From Opitutales bacterium (GTDB lineage: Bacteria; Verrucomicrobiota; Verrucomicrobiia; Opitutales; UBA9783), in the NCBI GenBank assembly GCA_046881885.1, contig JBKSMP010000028.1:35408-67407 (forward strand): a stretch of DNA of 32,000 nt, given 5' to 3'. The notes beneath the pieces were generated by a model. It was not told the DNA's origin. It worked only from the letters and a program-made list of their open reading frames with translations, and did no database searches. Below, piece by piece: positions 1 through 8,198 of this stretch (position 1 is the stretch's first letter; each line of letters starts with the position of its first letter). The position numbers and the translations under genes are program-made.

Positions 1-656
1 TTCTTGCCTTGTCTCTGCTTGTTTTACCTAAGTTTTATGCAGATGCTTACACCTTACTTTATAAAGATCAGCTTGTTTTTTTTGGATTTGCTTTAAAGGA
101 GGTTTTATTGGGAATCATTATCGGTTGGTTGACCAATTTTATTTTTTATGCTGCACAATGTGTCGGGTTTCTTATCGATAGCCAACGGGGAGCTTCTATG
201 GCGAGTATGTTTGATCCCTTATCGAATTCACAAACAAGCCCTTTGGGAGATTTTCTTATAAAATTTGTTATGATCATTTCTTTTATTTGTGGAGCTTTTC
301 TGGGAATTATGGAATTGCTCTATGTTAGTTTTGAGCAAATACCTATATTTTCAAATATCAATCTTTTTCCATCTTGGGGTACCCTATTTTTTAATGTTCA
401 AATGGGGACGCAACTGTTTGAGAAAATCTTACTTTTAGGGGGGCCTGTTTTCTTTCTTTTATTTTTGGCAGAATTTGGTTTGGGATTAATTACACGTTTT
501 GCACCTCAATTGAATGTGTTTTTCCTTGCAATGCCTGTCAAAAGTGAACTCGCAATGTTTTTCTTTATTTTATATTTGTCGTATTTGGCGCGCTATTTTT
601 GTTTTACCTTTAATGATCATATGTTAGCTGACAAATTTATTAAACTTTTGTTATAG
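1..656 (+). CDS. sctT: Type III secretion export-apparatus protein SctT (YscT/FliR family), 5'-truncated by the window edge
   Basis: The reading frame is open to the window start; the ORF-track start at 9 is an internal TTG. The 215 aa visible compare with about 260 aa typical for this family. It is a polytopic membrane protein with a FliR/SctT-like loop 'GFLIDSQRGASMASMFDPL'. Its stop lies 3 nt before the sctU start. Confidence 0.8.
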   Translation, partial: LALSLLVLPKFYADAYTLLYKDQLVFFGFALKEVLLGIIIGWLTNFIFYAAQCVGFLIDSQRGASMASMFDPLSNSQTSPLGDFLIKFVMIISFICGAFLGIMELLYVSFEQIPIFSNINLFPSWGTLFFNVQMGTQLFEKILLLGGPVFFLLFLAEFGLGLITRFAPQLNVFFLAMPVKSELAMFFFILYLSYLARYFCFTFNDHMLADKFIKLLL

Positions 657-659
657 CAA

Positions 660-1727
660 ATGAGTGAGAAAACCGAACAACCTACACCTAAAAAGATTCG
701 CGATGCGCGTAAGAAAGGACAAGTTGCCAATAGCAAGGACGTTACTTCAACGGCATTATTGATCATTATTTTTACCTATTTTGGTTTGCGGCGCGAATAT
801 CTAATCGACACCATGATGGAATTAATTGTTGCACCTACACGTTTTTTTAAGGAACCTTTTGAAGAAGCCTGGTTTGAAGTTTTTTGTATAGGTTTGATGG
901 CATGTGTAAAAGTGGTACTACCGCTTGTGTTACTCGTTTTTTGCACGGCAGTTATGGCCAATGTTTTGCAGATTGGCTTATTGCTTTCCGGAGAATCTAT
1001 AAAGCCGGATCTCAATAAATTAAATCCTATGTCAAAGGTAAAACAGATTTTTTCAATAAAAAACTTAATTGAATTTCTAAAATCTGCGGCAAAAATTATT
1101 TTTTTAGGGGTCTTACTTTACTTTGTTATCCGTAATACAATTGATCCTTTGATTAAAATTCCTTTTACACGTGTTAAAGATTTTATAACTATTTTACCGG
1201 GTATTATGAAAACTTTTGCAATGAATGTGGGCTTCGCTTACGTTGTTGTAGCTTTTTTAGATTTCATCTTTCAGCGTCATAATCACATAAAGCAGCTTAT
1301 GATGACTAAGGATGAAGTAAAACGTGAATATAAGGAGTCTGAAGGTGATCCACAGATTAAAGGTAAGCGTAAACAATTCCATCGAGAGTTACTTCAAGGG
1401 GGGCCGGCTCAAAAAACGAAAAAAGCTTCAGCTCTTGTTGTGAATCCGACGCACTATGCGATAGCGCTTTATTACAATGAAATTATAACGCCTTTGCCAA
1501 TTGTTTTAGCAAAAGGAATTGATTTTCAGGCGCAAATTATGAAAAAAGTTGCACGTGAATTTAATGTGCCTATTATGGAAAATGTTCCTTTGGCCCATGC
1601 TTTATATGATTTAGCTGAGGAAGGTCGTTACATTCCTCGAGAATTGATTGAACCTGTAGCGCACGTTATTCGTTGGGTTCAAGAGAAAAAAGAAGAGGAA
1701 CAAGCTGCCCTGGAAGAGAGTTTTTAG
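660..1727 (+). CDS. sctU: Type III secretion export-apparatus switch protein SctU (YscU/FlhB family)
   Basis: The N-terminus 'MSEKTEQPTPKKIRDARKKGQVANSKDV' is nearly identical in pattern to YscU/CdsU N-termini. There are four TM segments followed by a cytoplasmic domain. The autocleavage motif N262-P-T-H265 is encoded at 1443-1454 (aat ccg acg cac). Confidence 0.85.
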   Translation: MSEKTEQPTPKKIRDARKKGQVANSKDVTSTALLIIIFTYFGLRREYLIDTMMELIVAPTRFFKEPFEEAWFEVFCIGLMACVKVVLPLVLLVFCTAVMANVLQIGLLLSGESIKPDLNKLNPMSKVKQIFSIKNLIEFLKSAAKIIFLGVLLYFVIRNTIDPLIKIPFTRVKDFITILPGIMKTFAMNVGFAYVVVAFLDFIFQRHNHIKQLMMTKDEVKREYKESEGDPQIKGKRKQFHRELLQGGPAQKTKKASALVVNPTHYAIALYYNEIITPLPIVLAKGIDFQAQIMKKVAREFNVPIMENVPLAHALYDLAEEGRYIPRELIEPVAHVIRWVQEKKEEEQAALEESF

Positions 1728-1741
1728 AAAAGTATATCTAA

Positions 1742-1764
1742 AAACCTGCCGTTACAGCAGGTTT
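1742..1764. terminator. Putative bidirectional rho-independent terminator between the convergent sctU and sensor kinase genes
   Basis: An 8-bp stem aaacctgc (1742-1749) pairs with gcaggttt (1757-1764) around a 7-nt loop cgttaca. It is flanked by an A-run upstream (a T-run on the minus strand) and ttt..attt downstream. It sits 15 nt after the sctU stop and 28 nt after the kinase stop. Confidence 0.5.
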
Positions 1765-1791
1765 AGATTTGTTAAGACTCTAATAAAAAGA

Positions 1792-4437
1792 CTAATCTTT
1801 TGTAGTAAGACTATCGTTATCTTTGTTGGGTAGAAGGATTTGGATGATGGCATTGTCGTTTTGGGCAATGAGTTGCAGTTTTCCGTGCCATTTAGCGACA
1901 ATGTCTTGGAATTCTGGGAAGCTGATACCCAGTTCGACCTCGTCACCCAACTTTTGATCTTCGATAAACATACTATTGAGGGCTTTTGCTGAAAAGCCAC
2001 CGCTTGCAGCCTGAAGCAGGATTTGTGGGTTGTTGAGCGAATCGTAGTCAACAACGATTACAATTTTGCTGCAATCCTTTGGCAAGGTATGTCGGCAAAC
2101 ATTGAGTAAGTTATTGATGATTCTGCGCAAAAGGACCGTATCCACGCGTGCCAAAATGGTTTCTTGGGCCTGTAATTGAATTTCAATATTTTTATTCAAG
2201 ATCTTTTGTTTTTCAATACAACTGATAGCGCATTGGTTGAGATCTTCAGGTTTTAATTGTGCATAGGTTTTTAAACCTCCAATGATAAAGTCATTAACGT
2301 AGTCGCCCATTTCGGTTGCGATGTTTTTAAGGAGTTGATATTCCTTTTCATCAAATACGCCAGATTTTTTATTTTCTATGAGCAAATGGAAGGCCATTAA
2401 CGGCGATATGAGATCATGAGACAAGCTTCGCGCCATATTGTAGCGTTCACGATGAATAGCGATTTCCTTTTCTTGTTCTTTTACTTGTTGTAATGTGTTC
2501 AAATTGGAACGTAACAAAGATAAAACGGCTACATACCCAATTACATAAAAACTGTGTTTCCAAGCGAAAGTTTCTGGCCAATAAAGTTGGCAATTATTTA
2601 AAAAATAAAGGATTAATGTCAAAAATGCTGTTAAAAAGCATGCAATCCCCATGGGAGCTTCCTGTTTCTTTTCAACGCTGGATAACATCACAATAAAAGA
2701 AAATAATAATGTTAATGCATGCAATCCATTTTCTGAAGACGTTAAAAAAAGGTAAGCTGATGTAATGGGTAAGCAGAAAAATAAGGTTGTTAATTTAAGC
2801 CATTGAAACCGTTTTCCTTTTTCAAAAAGCTCTAAGGATCCGCCAAAAATGAGCAGTATTGCCATGGTTCCGTTGACAAGCGTTAACATTAATTTTGAAT
2901 ACGTTAATGAGTTTGCATTAAATACGAGTGGCATCAATTGCAAAAATACAAGACATAATCCTAAAATGGTATTATTGCGCATTTGTAAATCGCGTACATT
3001 TAGTCGTTTTTTAGTTTTTGCCTTTTCACATTGATCTATTTTTTCTAATTTTTCCTTCGAAAATACTTTTTGCCGTCCTCCTAGAAAGTAAAAGAAAAGG
3101 ACCGTTATCATGTTGGCGAATAAACCTGGAAATAAACCATCAATCTTGGTAATTGGTTTTATTTTTACATTCCAAAAAATAAAAGTAAATAAACCAATTA
3201 AAGCGCTTAATATAAGTCCTCTAATGGAAATTTTCATGTTAAATAGCGCAAAATACAAAGGACCAAGAATAATAGAAAGCCAAAGTGTACGCATAAAAAC
3301 TTTAACTTCAAACAAACTTGTTGCTTGACTGATAACAATAATGGCAGCAATACCTATGACAAAGGAACTAATTCTTGACATTTTTAATTTTTGAGCGTCC
3401 GAAACTTCTTTCTTTATAAAAGGTAATATAATATCATTTACTAACATAATACTTCCACTGTTTATTGTAGAATCAGCTGTTGACATTAAGACTGCTAAAA
3501 TACCAATAACTGCTACTCCAAAGATGCCTACAGGTAAACAATTGCTAATAATTGTAAATAAAGCACGATCTGTGTGGTGTAAAGCAGGAAAAAGTACTCG
3601 TGCGGACAATCCTAAAAAAATTGTCATAATAACAACTAATAAATAAATCCAACAAAGATTATAATACGCTTTTTTCCCCTGTTTTTTATTGCTTGTCATT
3701 AATAAGCGTTGAACATGAATTGGAGAAAGCGTTGGTAACATTAATGGAAACATCAAAAAGAGATATCTATTGAAATTTTCTCCTGTAATTGTTACATGAG
3801 ATTGAGGTAAGTTTTCTACTAACGCATGAATACCTCCAATTTTACTAATAACTGTTATAAGAAGTATAGGAATGGCAACCATTATTACAACAAACTGTAA
3901 AATGTCAGTAAAAGTTACTGCTTTTATACCACCACGACCTGTATAAATAAAAATAATACCACCAGAAATTAACAAACAAGCGATATAAGGTAATCCCGTT
4001 AAGACGCTTAGAGCAATTCCCATGGCCATTAATTGCATTCCGGCGCTTAAAATTTCGTAAATACAGCCAGTAATTCCTACTAAAACCTTCCCAATGGTTC
4101 CATAAGACTTAAAAAACATATCTCCCAAAGAACAGCAACCATAATAATTACAGAATCTATGTGCTAAGAGCGACCCTATGATAATGAAAGAAATAGGCAT
4201 TCCAATTTGTGCTAAAAATTGTGTAATTCCAATTTCGTAAGCTTTCCCAACACCTCCCATTGTTGAGCTTCCCCCAATACATGTTGCAGCAACCGTACAA
4301 CAGATAGCAAAATCAGAAAACTTCCTATTGCCAATAGCATAATCACTGAAGGTTTTTATCTTTTTGCCGGAGCTGAAACCTATGTATAGCGTTGCAAGCA
4401 AAAAAGCTACTATAATTGAAATATCTACAACGTGCAT
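1792..4437 (-). CDS. Sodium:solute symporter (SSF) domain fused to a sensor histidine kinase (CbrA-like architecture)
   Basis: The protein is 881 aa. The N-terminal ~480 aa is a polytopic SSF-type transporter ('GNRKFSDFAICCTVAATCIGGSSTMGGVG'). A second hydrophobic block spans aa ~500-640. The H-box is 'ARSLSHDLISPL'. The N-box is like 'IINNLLNVCRHT' and the G2-like box is 'ELGISF'; the G1 box looks degenerate ('ASGGF'). No response regulator gene is adjacent. Confidence 0.75.
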   Translation of the reverse strand: MHVVDISIIVAFLLATLYIGFSSGKKIKTFSDYAIGNRKFSDFAICCTVAATCIGGSSTMGGVGKAYEIGITQFLAQIGMPISFIIIGSLLAHRFCNYYGCCSLGDMFFKSYGTIGKVLVGITGCIYEILSAGMQLMAMGIALSVLTGLPYIACLLISGGIIFIYTGRGGIKAVTFTDILQFVVIMVAIPILLITVISKIGGIHALVENLPQSHVTITGENFNRYLFLMFPLMLPTLSPIHVQRLLMTSNKKQGKKAYYNLCWIYLLVVIMTIFLGLSARVLFPALHHTDRALFTIISNCLPVGIFGVAVIGILAVLMSTADSTINSGSIMLVNDIILPFIKKEVSDAQKLKMSRISSFVIGIAAIIVISQATSLFEVKVFMRTLWLSIILGPLYFALFNMKISIRGLILSALIGLFTFIFWNVKIKPITKIDGLFPGLFANMITVLFFYFLGGRQKVFSKEKLEKIDQCEKAKTKKRLNVRDLQMRNNTILGLCLVFLQLMPLVFNANSLTYSKLMLTLVNGTMAILLIFGGSLELFEKGKRFQWLKLTTLFFCLPITSAYLFLTSSENGLHALTLLFSFIVMLSSVEKKQEAPMGIACFLTAFLTLILYFLNNCQLYWPETFAWKHSFYVIGYVAVLSLLRSNLNTLQQVKEQEKEIAIHRERYNMARSLSHDLISPLMAFHLLIENKKSGVFDEKEYQLLKNIATEMGDYVNDFIIGGLKTYAQLKPEDLNQCAISCIEKQKILNKNIEIQLQAQETILARVDTVLLRRIINNLLNVCRHTLPKDCSKIVIVVDYDSLNNPQILLQAASGGFSAKALNSMFIEDQKLGDEVELGISFPEFQDIVAKWHGKLQLIAQNDNAIIQILLPNKDNDSLTTKD

Positions 4438-4498
4438 GACTCTTTATTAGTTAGGTTTTTTGTAAATGTCCAGAAATTAATTAATTTTTATAAATAAA

Positions 4499-4564
4499 AA
4501 TAATGCAAGAAGTGTTGATATAAAGGAAATTGATTACAAAATAGTAGATTGAATAATGCAAGAA
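4499..4564. repeat. 13-nt direct repeat AATAATGCAAGAA x2 (4499-4511 and 4552-4564) in the 188-nt region upstream of the symporter-kinase gene
   Basis: Exact match read directly from the sequence, with start-to-start spacing of 53 nt. It lies between the GT9 stop (4626) and the kinase start (4437). Confidence 0.6.
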
Positions 4565-4625
4565 AAGAAAGAGATTAATGGAAGAAATGTGTAGATAAAA
4601 AGCGAATTATAAAATTGACTTTAAA

Positions 4626-5564
4626 TTACTCAATTTTAATCGAGAGGCATTCGAGGGTAGCGTTTAAAACCTTTTCTAGTGGTAGATCGGCAATCCGTCG
4701 CGTAGGGGACTGCAGGACACAATGCTCTTTGACGGGATAAGGTCCATAACGATTTGCATCTGTAGGGCCATAAAGTCCGACGAGAAGTTTATTGAGGGCT
4801 GCAGCTAAATGTACGGGACCACTATCATTGGCAATAATACACGCTGCATCTTTCATAAGCGCTGGTAGATCCGACAACCGAGTTTTTCCAATTAAATTTA
4901 CAAAACGGTCATGTTGTGAAACTTTATCAAGCTTTTGTTGACCAACCCAAACACAAGGGAAACTTGTCTTTTCTAACAACAATTCTGTTAATTCAAAAAA
5001 ATAGGGCCATTCCTTTTTTGGACCGCGGCTATTGGGAAACAAAAGTATTGCGTTCTTGGGAATGGCAAAGTCTTTTGCTTCTTTTTTAAACGTAAGCGGT
5101 TGTTGCGGAATAGACTCAAACGGTAGAGCTTCTAATAATGCCTGCAAAACCTCTACGGCATGCTGATTTTTTCCTTTAGGAGCGTAGGTTTGGGAATAAA
5201 ATAGTCGCGAGCCTTCACGTGCATCTTTTCGGCCTATTTTGTGATTTCCGCGTGCAAAAAACGTCATTAGGCCGGAGCGCAATAATCCTTGAAAATCAAA
5301 AATCCAGTCATAAGTTTCTTGGCGTACAGTTTGCATTAAGCGATAGAAACCTTTTATTCCGCCTTTTCTCTCAAAAATAAAACATTTTTCTACAAAAGGA
5401 TTAAGTTGGACAATTTCGGCAAAAATTTCGCGTACAATCCAATGAATATGTAAAGTAATGCCTTGCTTTTGAGCTGCCCGACAAGCTCCTTCTACTACTT
5501 GTAAGGTTTGAATGATATCGCCTAAAGAAGATGGCTTAATGACGAGTAATTTAAAGCTTTGCAT
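4626..5564 (-). CDS. Glycosyltransferase family 9 protein (LPS heptosyltransferase-like)
   Basis: The protein is 312 aa. The N-terminus 'LLVIKPSSLGDIIQT' and the C-terminal 'ANDSGPVHLAAAL' are typical GT9 (RfaF/RfaC-type) motifs. Its start is 3 nt downstream of the preceding yhcH-like stop. Confidence 0.75.
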   Translation of the reverse strand: MQSFKLLVIKPSSLGDIIQTLQVVEGACRAAQKQGITLHIHWIVREIFAEIVQLNPFVEKCFIFERKGGIKGFYRLMQTVRQETYDWIFDFQGLLRSGLMTFFARGNHKIGRKDAREGSRLFYSQTYAPKGKNQHAVEVLQALLEALPFESIPQQPLTFKKEAKDFAIPKNAILLFPNSRGPKKEWPYFFELTELLLEKTSFPCVWVGQQKLDKVSQHDRFVNLIGKTRLSDLPALMKDAACIIANDSGPVHLAAALNKLLVGLYGPTDANRYGPYPVKEHCVLQSPTRRIADLPLEKVLNATLECLSIKIE

Positions 5565-5567
5565 ATT

Positions 5568-6011
5568 TTATACTTTGATTTTAAATACAGCTTTTTTTAC
5601 ATATTCTGGTGTATGAATGGGTAAGCCAGGTTTATGGGCATCTTCTGGGAAAAAGATAAAAAACAAGTCTGGCTTTGCTTCCAATTTTTGTCCCATTCCT
5701 GACAAAAACATAATGTCTTTATCCTTATCGTAAGTTGTTTTGACCTGTGTTTTATTTAATGGACACCATTCAATACATTCCTCACCTTCAAGAACCATTT
5801 GTATATCGATGTACCGCTTATGAGCTTCAAAATCTTTATCTGCTTGTGTCTTATAACGATTAATAGACAAAAAAACCTCTTCTCCTAAAAGAGAATAACG
5901 TCCTTCTTCTAACATGTTTAATGAATGGTTTTCCACAAAATTTAAAACATTTGAAAAGCTTTTATGCAGCTTTACGTACGCTTTAAAACAAGAAAGACAG
6001 TCTACGATCAT
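5568..6011 (-). CDS. YhcH/YjgK/YiaL family protein (DUF386, beta-galactosidase beta-subunit-like cupin)
   Basis: The protein is 147 aa. 'EAHKRYIDIQMVLEGEE', 'FFPEDAHKP' and the C-terminal 'VKKAVFKIKV' match the E. coli YhcH pattern (H..Y.DIQ..L.G.E; P...HKP; KAV.K). Confidence 0.75.
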   Translation of the reverse strand: MIVDCLSCFKAYVKLHKSFSNVLNFVENHSLNMLEEGRYSLLGEEVFLSINRYKTQADKDFEAHKRYIDIQMVLEGEECIEWCPLNKTQVKTTYDKDKDIMFLSGMGQKLEAKPDLFFIFFPEDAHKPGLPIHTPEYVKKAVFKIKV

Positions 6012-6171
6012 AATTGGGTAATTTATATATATCTAAAATTAAGGCCCAAATTTCAATGTTTTTTTGAAGGTTTCCTAGTATAAGGGGTGAAAAGATATGT
6101 TTTAAAAAAGTATCAAAATTTAATAGACAGTTAATGTGGGATTTTATAATGCTAAAACAAAGGACAGTTTT

Positions 6172-7674
6172 ATGTTGTCGATTATAGATTCAGGTTGCTT
6201 ACAGGGAATAGAGGCCTTGCCCATACAGGTAGAAGTAAATACCGGAGAGCGTGGCGAATTGCGATGGGTAATGGTGGGTTTGCCGGATGCAGCCGTTAAA
6301 GAATCACAAAATCGTGTTTTTTCAGCCTTAGGAAATTGTGGCTATGCGCTTCCTATTTCGCGTACAACGATTAATTTAGCACCTGGAAATTTAAGAAAAG
6401 AAGGTCCTTTGTACGATTTACCTATTGCCTTGGCGATTATTTCGGCGACTCAGCAGGCGCATTTTCCACATGCCAATGAATTTCTGGTTGCTGGTGAGCT
6501 GAGTTTGTCAGGAGAGTTGAGAAGCATTCCGGGAGGATTTAATTTAGCGCTTTTAGCAAAAAAGCTTAACAAACGAGGCCTTATTTTACCACTGGAATCT
6601 GCTTCAAGTGCGGCCTTTGTGGAAGGTATCGAAGTTTTTGGAGCAAAGCATTTACGTGAATGTGTTGACTTTCTACGGGGCACAGGTAGTTTGACGCCTA
6701 TCCAAAAGACTATATCCAATCAGGAAGTTGAAATAGAACATGATTTTTCTGCAATCCATGGACAGCGTATTCTTAAAAGAGCTGTTGAGATTGCGGTAGC
6801 CGGTAACCATAATTTGCTAATGATGGGGCCTCCAGGGTGCGGCAAGTCTATGATTGCGAAATGTATTCCAGATTTATTACCAACGCCGACCCATGAAGAA
6901 TGGCTGGAGATTTTAAAAATTCAATCTGCTTGTGGATTGGATATTGATCTTTCGCATAAGCGACGTCCTTTTCGCTCTCCTCATCATAATGTTAGCGATG
7001 CAGGTTTAATTGGTGGTGGCATCATTCCACAGCCAGGAGAAATTTCATTAGCCCATCATGGGGTTTTATTTTTGGATGAATTGCCAGAATTTAAGCGTTC
7101 TGTTTTGGAAATGTTACGCCAACCCTTAGAAAATGGAGAGGTAACGATTGTACGATCTAACGGTAAATTGACATTTCCCTGCAAAACACTTTGCATTGCG
7201 GCTATGAATCCCTGTCCTTGTGGATATTATGGTAATCGTCAGCGTAAGTGTATTTGTTCGCAAAATCAAATTCAGCAATACCGATCCCGATTAAGCGGGC
7301 CCTTATTGGATCGTTTTGATTTACAATTGGAAGTGCAGCCTGTTGAATTATCTGCATTTAATAAAAGTAAGCCGGAGGAATCTTCTGCGGTTGTAAAGGC
7401 TCGAATTTCTGAAGCTAGAAAGCTTCAAATAAATCGGTTTGGAACTTATAATGCGCATTTGTCAGCGAAACAATTGCAGCAATGTCATTGTTCGCAATTG
7501 GATTTAGCTTGGCTACAACAAGCCTGTCAACAACTCCAATTGTCGGCACGTGCTTACCATAAAGTCCTTAAAATTGCCCAAACGATTGCAGATATAGATC
7601 AAGATCCAACGATTCAACAAAAACATATGATGGAGGCTATGCAGTATCGTTGCTTTGATCGGGCTTGGCGCTAA
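6172..7674 (+). CDS. comM: Mg-chelatase-like ATPase ComM/YifB
   Basis: An N-terminal Lon-protease-like domain is followed by AAA+ Walker A 'MMGPPGCGKSM' and Walker B 'VLFLDELPEF', then a C-terminal ChlI-like domain. The ATG at 6172 ('MLSIIDSG..LQGIEALPIQVEV') aligns with family N-termini. The ORF-track start at 6136 is a GTG extension. Confidence 0.85.
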   Translation: MLSIIDSGCLQGIEALPIQVEVNTGERGELRWVMVGLPDAAVKESQNRVFSALGNCGYALPISRTTINLAPGNLRKEGPLYDLPIALAIISATQQAHFPHANEFLVAGELSLSGELRSIPGGFNLALLAKKLNKRGLILPLESASSAAFVEGIEVFGAKHLRECVDFLRGTGSLTPIQKTISNQEVEIEHDFSAIHGQRILKRAVEIAVAGNHNLLMMGPPGCGKSMIAKCIPDLLPTPTHEEWLEILKIQSACGLDIDLSHKRRPFRSPHHNVSDAGLIGGGIIPQPGEISLAHHGVLFLDELPEFKRSVLEMLRQPLENGEVTIVRSNGKLTFPCKTLCIAAMNPCPCGYYGNRQRKCICSQNQIQQYRSRLSGPLLDRFDLQLEVQPVELSAFNKSKPEESSAVVKARISEARKLQINRFGTYNAHLSAKQLQQCHCSQLDLAWLQQACQQLQLSARAYHKVLKIAQTIADIDQDPTIQQKHMMEAMQYRCFDRAWR

Positions 7675-8118
7675 CTATTTTTCTTCAGGAAAGTCCTCTG
7701 AAGGGGGTAGTTTTATAAAACGAACATCAAACACAATCGGTTGGTCGGATTCAGATAGCAATTTGATTTTTTTCATAATAAATTGCCAAAAACGTTTTAA
7801 TTGATCTTTATGAAAACCGAATTCCCGATCTCTGGGGGCTATTTTATCAAAGTTTGCACTTGTAAAAACCGCTAGTTTTAAAAAAATTTCTGAGATGTTT
7901 GGAGCAGGATAATTATTTTGAGTAAGTTCTTTAAACAATATGTTTCTATTATGAAAAATGAGTTTCAGCAGGGGTTTATTCTGTTCAAATGTTAAATAAT
8001 CCTCTATGGGATGTAAAAATTTAAAAATTCGATCAACAATTTTATGTTCAGCAAATACAGTGTTAAAACCAAAAAATAAAATCAAATAGAATAACCGCAA
8101 ACACCCTACAATTTTCAT
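7675..8118 (-). CDS. Hypothetical secreted protein, tandem paralog 2
   Basis: The preferred start is the ATG at 8118, giving a signal-peptide-like N-terminus 'MKIVGCLRLFYLILFFGFNTVFA'. The ORF-track start at 8193 would bury a DNA motif shared with the paralog's upstream region. It aligns with 8199..8681 (e.g. 'ISEIFLKLAVFTSANFDKIAPRDREFGFHKDQLKRFWQFIM' vs 'IARIFSMLCALTIPDFQISFPAGQRFCLTQNQIWDYWMKIM'). I recognise no family. Confidence 0.55.
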   Translation of the reverse strand: MKIVGCLRLFYLILFFGFNTVFAEHKIVDRIFKFLHPIEDYLTFEQNKPLLKLIFHNRNILFKELTQNNYPAPNISEIFLKLAVFTSANFDKIAPRDREFGFHKDQLKRFWQFIMKKIKLLSESDQPIVFDVRFIKLPPSEDFPEEK

Positions 8119-8130
8119 TGTGTTTTGTTG

Positions 8131-8144
8131 AAAATCAAGTTTTT
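8131..8144 (-). promoter_or_regulatory. Conserved upstream element aaaatcaagttttt (plus-strand reading), copy 1, upstream of paralog 2
   Basis: An identical 14-mer recurs at 8709-8722 upstream of paralog 1. Both are followed by a similar [ga]tg[at]aaaa. On the coding strand it reads AAAAACTTGATTTT (contains TTGATT, which is -35-like). Confidence 0.4.
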
Positions 8145-8198
8145 GTGAAAATTTGTTGAATGCTTTATAGATACTGTCGCAAGCCTGTGGCATTGATG

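Noticed and set aside
776-1015. This and many other ORF-track entries lie antisense to, or nested within, long well-supported genes. They include 1752-2054, 2493-2696, 2849-3034, 3110-3328, 6450-6719, 8986-9354, 9152-9370, 9891-10142, 10694-10891, 12117-12308, 12387-12578, 13022-13441, 14110-14304, 14120-14338, 14424-14630, 14778-14984, 15170-15418, 15887-16072, 16002-16214, 17443-17661, 18399-18617, 19425-19751, 20018-20371, 20244-20492, 20485-20682, 20593-20775, 21397-21606, 22731-22928, 22961-23194, 23599-24130, 24238-24420, 24971-25225, 25547-25923, 27306-27763, 27936-28347, 29314-29496, 30282-30575 and 31234-31455.
   Set aside because: Each overlaps a longer ORF that has clear family motifs. 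Their translations are low-complexity or compositionally odd (Cys/Ser/Phe/Lys-rich shadow frames) and carry no recognisable motifs. In AT-rich DNA, shadow ORFs of 60-140 codons are expected.
1-1727. A flagellar interpretation of the first two genes (FliR/FlhB).
   Set aside because: The SctU N-terminus ('EKTEQPTPKKIRDARKKGQVANSKDV') matches injectisome YscU/CdsU-type sequences more closely than FlhB as I recall them, and no flagellar genes are nearby. The distinction needs a phylogeny, so residual uncertainty is reflected in the confidence values.
6136-6171. N-terminal extensions in the ORF track: comM GTG 6136, paralog-2 at 8193, kdsB at 24031, pyrH TTG 27777 and MFS GTG 29080.
   Set aside because: In each case an internal ATG gives an N-terminus that aligns with the family consensus or a proper signal peptide. 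For paralog 2, the extension would also cover a DNA element conserved upstream of its paralog. The longer forms cannot be fully excluded without experimental data.
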